63,511 nucleotides of DNA, filler included, from Octopus bimaculoides (GCF_001194135.2; 5 parts of 5 records of this genome joined end to end with filler, not necessarily neighbours in it), one strand, 5' to 3'; positions 41,151-54,218 are shown, counted from the whole stretch's first letter. Made by a program: numbers and translations. The notes: generated from the sequence alone by a model not told the origin.

Positions 41151-41540
41151 AAGGGGAGGGAGAGAAAGAGGAGGGAAGAAATGGAGGGAGATAATTAGAG
41201 AGAGAGAAAAAAAACAGGAGGAGACAGAAAGAGAGGAAGAGTAGATAAAATTCAACGATAGAAAAAGGCAACAGGAAAGGAAAAATAAAAAATAAAAAGA
41301 ATAAGAAACAGAAGAGTTCCAAAGAGGAGTATATGATAGAGAGATAGTGTAATGAAAAAGAGGATTAGAAATAAAGATACAGGAGAGAATTGATGGAGAG
41401 ATGACGACGAAAACTTATTTGTAAATGAGAGAGGAGTACCAGGATAAAGATAGCGGGAAATGGAATTAAGACATTGTGCAAACGGACATGATGGAATTAC
41501 TTGAGAAAAAGAAAATGCAGAACGACATCAACCTGGAATA

Positions 41541-41575
<35 letters not shown>

Positions 41576-41944
41576 GTATAAAAAATGCTGTGAAGAATAC
41601 ATACACGAAAGCACTAACCCAACTACATATAGATTATAGAAGTACGTTGAGTAAAGCACCAAATACAAAAGAAAGGTATAATGTAAAAAAAAAAACAGAA
41701 AAAGAAACAAGTAAAACGTTGTAAATATATACGGTAAGTAGAGAAGAAGAAATGGAAAGAAAAAAAACATAAATGAAAGTAAAAATAAAAATCAACAATC
41801 GCCTGTTTTAAGAGTGAACAAAAAAGGGTAATTATAATGTAGGANNNNNNNNNNNNNNNNNNNNNNNNNNNNNNNNNNNNNNNNNNNNTTAATTAATTAA
41901 NNNNNNNNNNNNNNNNNNNNNNNNNNNNNNNNNNNNNNNNNNNN

Positions 41945-42110
41945 GTTTCACCACGTGCAAATGCTGATGTGGAGAGAGTTTTTAGCCACGTGAATTTTAT
42001 GAAATCAAATAGACGTGTAACCGCCTAAGCATAAAAACACCAACAGAAATTTTGAACGTCAAATATGGACTTAGACGGAGAGGTAAATATGCTATGATTA
42101 AAAACTACCA
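41945..42110 (+). mobile_element. hAT transposase C-terminal (dimerisation) fragment
   Basis: SPRANADVERVFSHVNFMKS.. (the SxAxxERxFS motif). Confidence 0.65.
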
Positions 42111-42178
42111 CTTGAACACCTAAAAGAACTGTGGATCCATGGATGCTTATAAATCATGTGAAACCGCACCTTCTATAT

Positions 42179-42565
42179 CATTTAACATCCGTTTTCCATG
42201 CTGGTATGGGATGGTCGGTTTGATAGGAGCTGGCAAAGCCAGGATCCGCATCAGGTTCCATAGTCTGTTTTAGCTTGGACTCTACAGCTGGATGCCCTTC
42301 CTAACGCCAACCACTTTACAGAGCGCACTGGGCGCTTTTTACAAGGCACCATCATTAGTGCTTTTTACATGGCATCATCAGTGCTTTTTATGTGGCATCA
42401 TCATCAGTGGATTTTTTTTTACGTGGCACTTTTTTACGTAATATCTACGGTTCTTATTACCTGGCACCAGCACCAATGTTTTTACATGGTACCAGTGCTT
42501 TTTTTACGTGGTACCAGCACCAGTGCTTCTTTTATGTGGCACCATCATCAGTGCTGGCCTGCATC
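42179..42565 (-). mobile_element. RTE-related 3' tail repeat with internal tandem units
   Basis: tttaacatccgttttccatgctgg..ctggatgcccttcctaacgccaacc, followed by repeats of tttttacgtggcaccagcaccagtgc. Confidence 0.6.
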
Positions 42566-42746
42566 AAAAGAAAATGAGGAAACCTGCAAAAATATGATGA
42601 AGTAAAACTGAAATGTAATGAAAAAAAGGCATCGGAGGGGGCGATGCACACCCTGCGCACATAAATTTGTTCGCAAATTACAAAGCGTTGCCTGTCTAAG
42701 CTTTTAAATTGAACTTAATTAAGCTTTGTAAATGTTTGACTAAACT

Positions 42747-43467
42747 TGCGTATCGGGAAATTTGTAAGTTCGATATTTTTTTTTTTAAATATCACCATTA
42801 TGCGTATTTATACTCCAGTGAAATTTAGAAATCAACTCGTAAATAAACGAAACCCTCGAATCCATCACTGTACACACACACATACACACACACAGTCGCA
42901 CATCTATGTATGTATTTATGTACTTACACGTGTCTACACGCATAGGTACACCATGATCTATACACACGCAGACGAGGGTCGATTCATATGAAAAAGAGTG
43001 TGAACAAAATGAAATACTTATAGAAATTATTGCATAGAATTTGAGAAGTATTTTCAACATCTTTCAATGATGGCAGGTGAATCAAACGTACTGTAGTTCG
43101 TTGTAGTTCGATATAAATAATATGACCACCTGCTTATCGGGAAATTTGTAAGTTCGATCTTCTTTTTTTTTAAGTATCACTATTATGGATATTTATACTC
43201 CGGTAAAATTAAGAAATCAACCCGTAAATAAGCGAAACTCTCGAATTCATCACTGTACACACACACAGTCGCATATCTATGTATGTATTTATGTATGTTT
43301 GAAAATAATCAAACCAAATTTTCATCATTCTGAGCCACTCATCCAATGAGTATTTCTGCCAAATTTGGTGAAAATCCGTTCAGCCGTTTTCCAGTAATTT
43401 TGCAAACACACAGACAAACAGGAGTGATTACAATACTCTGCTTTCGCTTACGCGCGCAAGGTAATTA
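42747..43467 (+). mobile_element. Helitron/HINE-like non-autonomous element with a duplicated ~170-bp unit
   Basis: Direct repeats at 42747-42920 and 43129-43295 (tatcgggaaatttgtaagttcgat..gaat.catcactgtacacac). The end reads gccaaatttggtgaaaatccgttcagccgtttt..acagacaaac..cgcttacgcgcgcaaggtaatta. Class assignment is from recall. Confidence 0.5.
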
Positions 43468-44094
43468 AGTTAATTTCAGTCTAATTTAATTAGAAATGAA
43501 ATAGGTGTAAATATCGAAAGATTTAAATCAACAATTTTGCTTTGGTGATTTTTTTTTTGCACTTTTTTCATCTTTAGTGTCTTTTAACTATTGAAATAGT
43601 CTTTTTTTTTTAAATTTAGAATTGACAACCTTGGTCCCAGGTTATGACTAGTTAACACTACTCTGAGTAACACTACCCCTTCCAAGGTTCACGCCCCCAC
43701 CTATATCTACAGCCACCCTGAAAATACCTTATGTTGCCTCCATAGTCAACTTAATGGGCTTTCTGCTTACTGGCCCCCATAATGCTCAGTAAGTTGTAGG
43801 CTCTGCAAAAAGAGGGACTTAGCTGTTGAAGTGAAACAAATTTAATTTTGAAACAGAAAGAAAAAATTTGAAATTAAAAACGATTATGAAAAAATTAAAT
43901 TAAAAAATTGTTTTTATTTTTCGCTTTGTTTTATTTTATTTTGTTTCATTATTATTTTTTTCCTTTCTTTTCTTTTTTTTTTCCTTTTGCTTTTGATGAG
44001 TGGCTTAAGCCAACAGTTGAATGGAACAAGCACAGGATTGACTGGGACAAGCCAGCAAGTGAATGCTTTTGCAATTTAAGAAATTATATATAAA

Positions 44095-44335
44095 TGTATG
44101 TATGTACGTACGTACGTATGTATGTATGATGTATGTATGTGTGTATGTATGTATGTGTGCATGTGTGTATATGTATGTATGTACGTACGTATGTGTGTAT
44201 GTGTATGTATGTATGTATGTATGTACGTATGTATGTTCATGTTTGTATATGTATTATGTATTATGTATGTATGTATGTATGTATGTATGTACGTATGTAT
44301 GTACGTATGTATGTACGTACGTATGTGTGTATATG

Positions 44336-44369
<34 letters not shown>

Positions 44370-44450
44370 CGTATGTATGTATATGTGTGTGTGTATGTGT
44401 GTATATGTATTATGTATATATATGTGTTTATGTATGTATATGTATTCATT
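44095..44450. repeat. (ATGT)n-derived compound microsatellite
   Basis: Direct reading of the sequence. Confidence 0.9.
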
Positions 44451-45289
44451 CATGCGTGTTTACCTTTTGCTGCTTGCCATTTATTAGAAAGTATAACAGA
44501 GACACTTGAATTAAAAGGAAGGAAAGAAAGCTGAGAGAGAGGAAGAGAGATGGGGGGGGGGAGCAGAGAGTGCAAGAGTGAGAAGGAAAATAGCAGATGA
44601 AGAAATAAGGAAGAGAATCCAAAGTCACAGTCTTCAGCAACAAGATAGTGCCAACAATCACACCAAAATCAAAACAAATATCTGCAAATCCCTATCATCC
44701 TCCAACTCCCTTAAACCGCCACCACCACCCCACCCTACATCACCTCCACCCGAAGAAGGTTTGGGGTGAGGTTGGTGGGGGGAGGGGTTGAGTCAGTACT
44801 TAGCTTAAGTTTTTTTTTTTTTGTTTTTTTTTCTTTTCATAGCATCATGGAGATAGCACCAGTCTATTTTGCAAGTTACATTCACAGCTAGACGAAGTGA
44901 GGTAATGTGGAATAAAATATTCTGGTTAGAAACAGAATGAAGTGCCCGGTAATAGATTTGATCTGACAATCTGGGAATAAGTTAAATTGATCCACGTCTA
45001 CAGCACCACCAACAATTATAGCAAATTATGTAACATAATTTTTCTAGTGTGCGGCAGAAGACAGAAGATCCCAATTTCTTGGTTAGGGGAGTGAGGCAGA
45101 GACATTGAAACTAACATCAAGCAATGACTGCTACTTTGTTTACAAAATCTGGAGGGATGGAAAGAAGTAGAGTGACCGCTCACCTGAGTTGCACTCAGAA
45201 CATAGAGTGAGGAAATGAAGTAGAGTCCGGCATTTAATCCCTCCCACCACACGCTTCTGTTGCCTAGGCAATAATAATAATAATAATAA

Positions 45290-45875
45290 TCCTTTCTACA
45301 ATGGGGACAAGGCCTGAAATTTGGGGGAGGGGGCTAGTCAATTTCATTGATCCCAGTGCGCAACCTGGAAAGGATGAAAGGCTAAGTCAACCTTGGCAGC
45401 CACAAAGCATTTTGTTCAGCATGCCAACAATTCTGCCAGTTCACTGCCTTAATGATTTCAAATTTTGGCACAAGGCCAGCAATTTCAAGGGAGGGAGTAA
45501 GTCGATTACATCGACTCCAGCACTCAACTAGTACTTATTTTATTGACCCCAGAAGAATGAAAGGCCAAGTAGAACTTGACAGAATTTGAACTCTGAACAT
45601 AAAAATAGGTGAAACGCCACAAAGCATTTTGTCTGGCATGCTAGTGATTCTACCAGCTCACCCACCTTAGCAAAATAATTACAACAATGATGGTTTCAAA
45701 TTTTGGCACAAGGCCAGCAATGTCCGGGGGGTGTGCTCAACTGGTACTTATTTTATCGGAAAGGATGAAAAGCAAAGTTGACCTTGACAGAATTTGAACT
45801 CAGAACCTAAGACAGACAAAATGCCGCAGAACATTTTGCCCAAATGCAAACAATTCTGCCAGCTCACCACCTTAG
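45290..45875 (-). mobile_element. Tandem SINE family B copies, CpG-decayed
   Basis: aaaggatgaaaggc, gaatttgaactc and ttctgccagctcaccacctta motifs, with CG converted to TG/CA. Confidence 0.75.
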
Positions 45876-46321
45876 CAAATAATAATAATAATAGTAATAT
45901 AGGATTGCCAAGCACAGCCTACATCTCATACAATGCCACAACCTATACAACACATAATCACATAGTCACCACCCAATAATACAAGCACAACCAACACAAC
46001 ACATACTAAACAAAATCAACACCTAAATATAACACAGCTTGCACAGCACGTAGCCTATACAATCACTACCCAATAACGTAACAGACTGACATAACACAAG
46101 CTCCACACCAGAGACCACACCTCTTGGGGTGTTCTTTGACATGGCATGCCAAGGTATGTAACACAAAGAAGGGAAGTATGTGCTTCGTTAAAACTGTTTC
46201 TCAGAAATAAAATTAACCCCTTTCTTTCTATTGAAATACACACTGCTTTGTTTCAATTAATTTTGAAAATAATGAAGGACATAGTGAAATATAATTTGTC
46301 ATTATTCCCCCTTTAGCACAA

Positions 46322-46570
46322 GGAGGTGCATAGCTTAGTGGTTAGGGTGTTGGACTCATGATCATAAGATTGTGGTTTCAATTCCTCAGCTGGGCAATGC
46401 ATTGTGTTCTTCAGCAAAACACTTCATTTCACGTTGCTCCAGTCCACTCAGCTGGCAAACATGGGTAATCCTGTGACGGACTGGCATCCCATCCAGGCGG
46501 GGAATACATACGCCATGGAAACCGGGAAACCAGCCTTTATGAGTCGGCATGACTCAAAAAGCTAACCTTT
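46322..46570 (+). mobile_element. tRNA-derived SINE with V-SINE-like central domain
   Basis: tagcttagtggttagg A box, ggtttcaattcc B box, cttcagcaaaacacttcatttcacgttgctcc, cctgtgacggactggcatcccatccagg. Confidence 0.65.
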
Positions 46571-46791
46571 ATCTTTACTATCCTTTAGCATTTAAACTGG
46601 CCATATTTGGCCCAAATATTTTACCAGCTTCGTGTTCAAACTGGCCAGACCTGGCTTCTTACACCTACCCTATAATCACAAAGCTATGAGATAATTCATG
46701 ATTAATTCAAATCAACATGAATTAATAAGCATTACATTTGATAGAGTAAAAACGGAAAGCTAAAGGGTTAATCTGGCATTTGGAACATTAA

Positions 46792-47379
46792 CACTTTAGC
46801 ATTTAAACCAGTGGTTCTCAACTGGGGTCCCTATGGCCCCCGAGGGTCCAAATAAGATTTTTGGGGGTACACGCAACAAAGCAGTAAGTTGAGGATCCAC
46901 AATAATATCTTAAGGTCCCCTGAAAAAATTTCACTTTAGATGTATGTATTGGTATGTTTTGCAAGAAACAGCTAAGTTTTTTGGGGTTTTTTCTCTAATA
47001 TTTTGCATAGTTCAATCTACACAAGTTAATGTGTGAAAAACAAAACAGGAATTTTGAAAGAAGTTTGTATAAAACTAGTTTTTAAAACATCGAATGGCTA
47101 TCAGGGTCCACCAGAATAAAATAGCTATCAAAGGGTTCCATAAATAAAAAATGGTTGAGAACCCCTGACTTAAACCAGCCATATCCTGCCAGAATATTCT
47201 ACTTGATTTATGCTGAAGCCAGCTAGATCTGGCCTCTCACACCTACCTTACTATGTCATTGTAAACATAAACAGTCACATGATCAAAATTTCAAAGCTGT
47301 GAGATAATTGCATGATTAATTCAAAATAATGTGAATAAATAAGTTTTACATTTCACAGAATAATCTGAATGCTAAAGGA
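46792..47379. mobile_element. piggyBac-type MITE hosting a hAT MITE
   Basis: TTAA|CACTTTAGCATT ... AATGCTAAAGGA|TTAA. A related copy lies at 46581-46767 and ends GCTAAAGGG|TTAA. Confidence 0.7.
46809..47167. mobile_element. hAT (Charlie-like) MITE
   Basis: TIRs CAGTGGTTCTCAAC / GTTGAGAACCCCTG; 8-bp TSD ATTTAAAC / ACTTAAAC. Confidence 0.85.
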
Positions 47380-47905
47380 TTAAATTAGCATAGAAGTTTG
47401 ATGGAAGGTTTTAATTTAAATCTCTTGAAAACAGGGAAATTGTGTCATAGAACCAAGGTGTGGTCTCCAGTGGGTTAGTATCAAAACGGTTAAGCTTGCT
47501 TTCAAAGAAATAATTTTGCTCTGTTAAGCACATCAAGAACATTGTAACTCAATCTTTGGAAAATAAGCTAGTTATTAGAAAAGTAACTTGTTCGTTCATT
47601 TTCAAATATGATATTACTTATGTAGGAGTGTGATAATTAATTAAACATTTCTTAGGGATGGGAAGAGGGGTAGAGAAAGAGGCTGGGAACCAGAGCTCTA
47701 CTGGATCGCCATCAAATACTGAATCACAAGCCACACAACACACACCCTAAACAATCACCATCCAGTAATGTAACGGCCTGCATGGCACATACACTACATA
47801 ACTGCAGTCTGGCACACACAACACCACCCAACAAACTAACACAACTCACATTGCACAACAAATAAGATACTAAAAGATACTGCACAACAAACGAGATACT
47901 AAAAT

Positions 47906-48210
47906 AACACCAGAAACAAATCTCACAACACCAGAAACAAAATTCAGAACATCAAAAACAAACCTCACAACACAAAAAAACAAACATCACAACACTGGAA
48001 ACCAAATCTCACAACACTGAGGACAAATCTCACAATACAGTTGGATGCCCCTCCTAACACCAGCAAACAAACCCCACAACTCCAGGAACAAAACCTCACA
48101 ACACCAGGAACAAAACCTCACAACACCAGAAACAAAACCTCACAACACCATGAACAAAGCTCACAACACTGGAAACAACATCACAATACCAGAAACAAAC
48201 CTCACAACAA
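47906..48210 (+). repeat. 21-22-bp minisatellite (AACACCAGAAACAAACCTCAC)n
   Basis: About 14 diverged units are visible. Confidence 0.85.
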
Positions 48211-48819
48211 AGCAACACTGATATAGTATAGAAACACACTTCTATATCAATGCTACATAAACCTCAGGAANNNNNNNNNNNNNNNNNNNNNNNNNNNNNN
48301 NNNNNNNNNNNNNNNNNNNNNNNNNNNNNNNNNNNNNNNNNNNNNNNNNNNNNNNNNNNNNNNNAGCACTGCACAACCACACATAAAACCAATGAAAACA
48401 TAATGATAATCTCTCTTACATAGGCACAAGGCTAGAAATTTGGGGGAAAGAGACCAGTTGATTATATTGACCCTTCAGTATTTGACTGGTACTTTTACTA
48501 TACAGATTTTTTCCAGGACAGAGAAGAGGCCAAGTGGATCCTGGAAGGATTTGAACTCAGAACATAAAGGGATGTAGCTAAATACCACAAAACCTTTTGC
48601 CTGGCATCTCTAAATCATTGGGTAAAAGAGAAATAAGGAGCACAGTTGGTAACAGTCAAGCGTCAACTATTTCTCGTGAGATACGAAGAAAGAAAAAGAG
48701 TAAAAGGGGAAAATGGCTTCTAAAAACAAAAAAAAAAAATGGAGATTTCAAAAGCAAAAAAATTTTTTTTAAATTACACGAAACACAAATTAGAAATAAA
48801 CACACACAGTTTGTGATGT

Positions 48820-49745
48820 GATGTAATAGGAAGTCATATGGCATGATGGGAGGTCATGTGATGTGGTGCAAAGAAAATGACGTGTGAGGTGATGCTGCAT
48901 GATGAGGTACCATGGGAAACCATGTGGCATGATGGGATGTCATATGAAAGGATGAGGATATGTGAAGAGACAGGGGAGATGGGAAGGATGTTGGGAATGT
49001 CATTTGTGGGAGGAGGGGAAGGAGAGGAAGTCACGTGGGATGATGGGGGGATGCGATGCAAAGAAAGCTACATGTTAACTGATGTTTACAAGTTAACTGA
49101 CGTGGTATGATGGGAAACATGTAGCATGATGAGAATTCACATGAAAGGATGAGGTGTTGTGAGAGAACTGAAAGTGATGGGGACAACATGTGGGAGGAGG
49201 CAAAGGAGAGGAAGTCATGTGATGTGATGCAAAGAAAGTTATGACACGCGAACTGATGCTGCATGAGATAGTATGATGGGAAGCCATGTGACATAATGCA
49301 AAGTCACAGGAACAATGGGAAGTCATTCAAAGGAATGGTGAATTATTGGGAGGGAGAGGGAGTCATGTGGGAGAAGGGGAAGGATGACAAAATATGTGGC
49401 ATGATGGAAAGTCATGTGGAAGGGTGGGGTGTCATGAAGGAGAAAGGGAAGGATGGAAAACCATATGACATGATGAGGAATCATGTGGGGGTGATGGAAA
49501 GTCATGTGGTATGATGATGCAAAGGAAGTTATGACATGCAAAATGATGCTGCCTGACATGGTATGATGGGAAACCATGTTGTGGAAGAGAAACTCATGTA
49601 GCGTGGTGTGAGGTTGTAATGGTGTAATGCAAGACCGGGTGGCGTGATGGGTAGTCATGTGGTTTAACACGAAATTCATGTAGTGTGGTATAAATTCATG
49701 TGATGTGACGTGATGCCATGTGGTGTGAAATGAGATTCGTGACAC
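48820..49745 (+). repeat. Degenerate ATG/GTG/GGA-rich tandem repeat
   Basis: Recurrent catgtggcatgatggga and gaggaagtcatgtg..gatgcaaagaaag blocks, with a higher-order period of roughly 200 bp. Confidence 0.65.
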
Positions 49746-50664
49746 AATTAAAGGCCAAAAAATACAAATTGAAAAAAAAAATAATAAAATAAAATTGAAA
49801 ACAGAAAAATTAAGAAAAAATAAAAGTGGGGGGGAGGTTCTGGTTCACCATGATCGATGTTGAGAAAATACTTAATATTTCGGGGCATGACCCGTCATCA
49901 AGTTTAGTTTCAGTTTCCAAACCAGCCCCTCCTATCTACCTGAAGCTGTTTGTGTGCAGATTATGCATGTGTTTGTGCAAGTAAATGACTGCACAAAGGC
50001 ATGCCTATGCATGTCTACTTGTGTGGGTGTGCATGAGTGTGTGTGTGTGTATGCATGAGTGTGTGTGCATACATACAGACATACATGCATGCATGTTCAT
50101 GTATGAACAGACCATATTCATTATGAAATACATCCCCATTCTGTCTTTCCTTCTAATTACTCAACAGCCTCACACCAACAAACATTATACTCCATACCTT
50201 TCCTAATGACCACCACCAATAACTCTGCCTAACAGTTATAATCATCGATTAATTAACTACCCTGTTCCTTTGTAATCAATAGTTTAGAGAATAACAGTTT
50301 TAAACATTTAGAGATGGCAAAAGATAGAATGCAGTACCAACACATGTATTTTTGCGTATGTGTACGCATGCACCCATATCTGCATATGTGTCTGCATGCA
50401 TGTCATTGTATGTGTTTCTGAATGTGTGTTAGTGCATTTGACTACATGTGTGTGCATGTGTGCATGCATGTATGTGTGTACACAAAAGTGTCTACATGTA
50501 TGTATGTATGTATGATGTATGTATACATGCATGCATGAAAGTATGGATATATGTGTGAATGTATGGTAGCTTGCATATATGCAGGTATGTATGTGTATAT
50601 GCTCACTGATAAGATGGCACCCTTCTGATCAGAAATAGTGATCAACATGTATGCATCTATGTGC

Positions 50665-50706
<42 letters not shown>

Positions 50707-50910
50707 GTGTGTGTGCCTATATATGAATATGCTCAAATGTGTCTACATGTGTATGCATGTGAATATGTAGATGTCAACATGCATATGTCTATATATGCAT
50801 GTATATATGTGTGCATGTATCTGTGTTGATGTGTGTATGAATGAATCTGTACGTAAATATGTGTGCATGTATATACATATGCGTGTTGATGCATGTGTAT
50901 GTGTATATGA

Positions 50911-50950
<40 letters not shown>

Positions 50951-51574
50951 ATTCCATGACATGGTAAAAACAATGCTGAATTTTGAGAAGGTAATGCAAT
51001 AAAACAGAATGCCTCAAGCCTGTCCCCCAGTATATAGCAGGTACGTACATAGCATCAAGGATACTGCTGCCACCCACCATGAGGTGGAGGGGAAGGAGGA
51101 GTGGAGAATGATGAGGAAGTAGAGACATCATTCCCCCTCTAAACACTACAATAAATATCACAAGCCAACAAGGGAACCTACACACAGCAGCTTAATCTAC
51201 AGAAAATGGCAGACAAATCTCCCTCAAATTACACCTTACTGTCTACAACTTAAATAAAGGATATGTTAGATAATGTAGTCTTAGCCCTTGATTAAAAAAA
51301 AAGGAAAGGAAAAAACCAAGAGGTGATGGTCATGGACGTGGAAACATTTAATCATGGTTGACCTGGGGCTAAACAGTAACACTGACCGAACTATATATGT
51401 TCTATAATGCTATTATTTCAAACAGATGTTATTTATGACAAAGCAGCAACCAGCTTTTTTAAAGAATTCTATGGAAGAATAAACATTACTGGAAAACAAA
51501 CGGTAAAGTAATGCTAAATGCTGTTATGTTCACCAATACCATTCTCAGCAAAGCTTTTATAAGTATTAATAATA

Positions 51575-51827
51575 ATAATAATAATAATCCTTTCTACTAT
51601 TATAGGCACAAGCCCTGAAATTTGTGGGGAAGGGACTAGTTGATTACATAGACCCAGTGTATCACTGGTACTTAATTTACCGACCCCCAAAAGAATGAAA
51701 GGCAAAGTTAACCTTGGCAGAATTTGAACTCAGAATGTAAAGGCAGATGAAATACTGTGAAGCATTTTGTCCAGCATGCTAACAATTCTGCCAGCTCGCC
51801 ACCTTAATAATAATGATGATAATGATG

Positions 51828-51866
<39 letters not shown>

Positions 51867-52380
51867 GTTTCAAATGTTGGTACATGGCCAGGAAGTTGAC
51901 CTTTGCGGCATTTGAACTCAGAACATAAAGATGGACGAGATGCCACTAAGCATTTCATCCATCATCCTACCAATTCTGCCAGCTTACCGACTTTGCTTTC
52001 ATAATAATAATGATGATGATTTCAAATTTTGGCACAAGACCAACAAGATTGGGGGAGGGGTAAATTGACTACATCAATCCCAATTAATAATAATAATAAT
52101 AATAATAATTTCTATCTTAGGCACAAAGCCACAAATTAGAAGAGAGAGAGAGAATGCATTCAAGTAAATCAACCCTAGTATTTAACTGGTACTGGTGTTC
52201 TATTTTTGTTTTTCAATCCCAAAGTCAACCAAACTCCACACACACACACAGACACACACATACAGACACACACATTTTGCACCCACCAAGCAGCAGGATC
52301 TGCACTCTGAATGTCAAAGGATATAACTAAAATAATATTGCAAGGCATTTAGTCCGGCCATTCTAACCCTTTCAACCGCT
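51575..52380 (-). mobile_element. Tandem SINE family B copies separated by (TAA)n, CpG-decayed
   Basis: Same motifs as above, with taataataat spacers. Confidence 0.75.
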
Positions 52381-52446
52381 CTGCTGATCTAGAAATAATG
52401 ATGATAATAATAATAATAATAATATTAATAACAAAAGACATCTGTT

Positions 52447-52507
52447 TTACACTGCATCAACATAAGCAGAAGCTGGAAACAAATCTTCATGTCTTGCTGC
52501 CATATAT
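52447..52507 (-). CDS. MSL3: MSL3-like gene, terminal coding exon
   Basis: Strong acceptor (ttttttctttttgtgtttgtttcAG). The 61-nt exon reads (E)YMAARHEDLFPASAYVDAV*, matching MSL3 FLAEYHDDFFPESAYV. TAA stop at 52449-52447. Confidence 0.88.
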
Positions 52508-53163
52508 CTGAAACAAACACAAAAAGAAAAAAAAAAAAGAATTACAAATTAAGGAAGATATTCAAGAAAGTTCTATATTACAAATATAAAGTGCATCATG
52601 GCCTTCCCCTCATCACTCTACCTCCTCCAATGCATGTATATATACATACAAGCACACATTCTATGTAGTCAGAAAAATAAGGGAGAAGGTAACATCTATG
52701 GACCATTGATGAGGAGATTACAAATCCTACCCAAGATATACTTTAAGGTTCATACCTATTATTACAATGTGTAACAAATTCCTTTTCTTTTTTTTTTTTT
52801 TGTCTTTGGTCAGTAATTGTTATTTTCTATTTGCTTCTAGCTAGAAATCAAAAGAAATCACTACTATTCTCTTCAAACTTTGCTTTTCTGACCTGGACAT
52901 CAATGTTTTGAAACTGACCTATTTTCCATTACATCTCAGACAGATTCAGCATTGACTTGATGAAACAGAAATATCAATATTCTGCTCAATACTACAGATT
53001 TGCTAGTAAATATTAATATTATCTCGGTTGAAAAAACTTTGATAATGTAAATATGCTAATAGTTACCATGGATAGCAAAAATCACACAAAAACTGGGATA
53101 TCACACCTGTTTTATAGGTAGAAATACCAAGTTAAAGTGATGCATTTTGAGTAGATATTAAGA

Positions 53164-53491
53164 ATAATAATAAATGGAGCAAAACGCATATAAACAATAA
53201 GTTCCTTTAATTCCTACATATGTTTCAAAATATATGTGCACTCTACTCCAAAGAAGTAAGAGGTGTTGGAATTGCACATATATTCATCGTCAGGGAACCA
53301 ACATACAAAAGCAAGACATATGCTACATTTAGCATATGTCTTGCTTTTGTATGTTGGTTCCTTGATGATGAATTTATGTGCAATTCCAGCACCTCTTACA
53401 TCTTTGGAGTAGAGTGCACATATATTTTGAAACATATGTAGGAATTAAAGGAACTTATTGTTTATATGCGTTTTGCTCCATTTATTATTAT
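53164..53491. mobile_element. Foldback/MITE-like element: 162-bp inverted arms, 4-nt loop, 8-bp TSD
   Basis: Arms 53164-53325 and 53330-53491 are reverse complements with 5 mismatches; loop CATT. Flanked by direct repeat TATTAAGA (53156-53163, 53492-53499). Confidence 0.85.
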
Positions 53492-53519
53492 TATTAAGAT
53501 ATATATATATATATAAAGG

Positions 53520-53664
53520 GTGCAGAAACTCACAGACTTGGGATATGAGACTTTACCACATCCTCCATTTTTTTTAGCATTTAAACACGTTTTTAAGTGA
53601 TAAAACTTTCAGGTCCAAACCAGAGGTGGAATCAGCTTTCAAAGATTTCTTAGCATCAAAGCCA
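53520..53664 (+). mobile_element. mariner transposase internal fragment (MSL3 intron)
   Basis: VQKLTDLGYETLPHPP[YSPDL deleted]FF*HLNTFLSDKTFRSKPEVESAFKDFLASKP. Confidence 0.8.
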
Positions 53665-53817
53665 ATAAGGCATAAATAATCTCAATGTCGATGGCAGAGA
53701 TGCATAGATGCTCACAGTTCATACTTTGACTTATCAAAACATTTCTATTGTTAATTTTTCCAGAATAAACTTATGTTTCTGAAATCAGTCATTATTTTCA
53801 GAACAACCTAATAACAG

Positions 53818-54012
53818 TGACGGGGTAGGTGGCATGGACATACTTCTCACAGGGAAGTGGGTGGATATGGTCATAAAGGCAGTCAGAGTGTGCGATAGGG
53901 TGCTCAAGCTTAGGCTCTCTTACAGAATAGTATAGTGAGAATTATCTCTGCCTATTCCCCTCAAGTGGGCCTACCAAATGAACAGAAGGACCACTTTTAT
54001 GATGCTCTTATT
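53818..54012 (+). mobile_element. RTE-type LINE APE endonuclease fragment (MSL3 intron)
   Basis: GVGGMDILLTGKWVDMVIKAVRVCDRVLKLRL/LQNSIVRIISAYSPQVGLPNEQKDHFYDAL, with one frameshift. Confidence 0.75.
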
Positions 54013-54218
54013 TGATAGCTGATCTGACAAAGAGTCAGAGAGGCAGGCTATTAGCTTGATATAGAATGAAACACATAAGCTATCAGTCTGACAAGGAGTG
54101 AGACAGGTGGGCTTTTAGTTTGACATGGAGTGAAACACATCAGTTCTTTATACTGCAATTATCCAACATGAAATAATGTTCAAAAGTGACCGAAAAAAAA
54201 AATATATATTTCACTTAC

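Noticed and set aside
53214-53441. Two near-identical 73-aa ORFs on opposite strands as a gene pair
   Set aside because: They are a consequence of the palindrome and lie inside the MSL3 intron with no coding signature.
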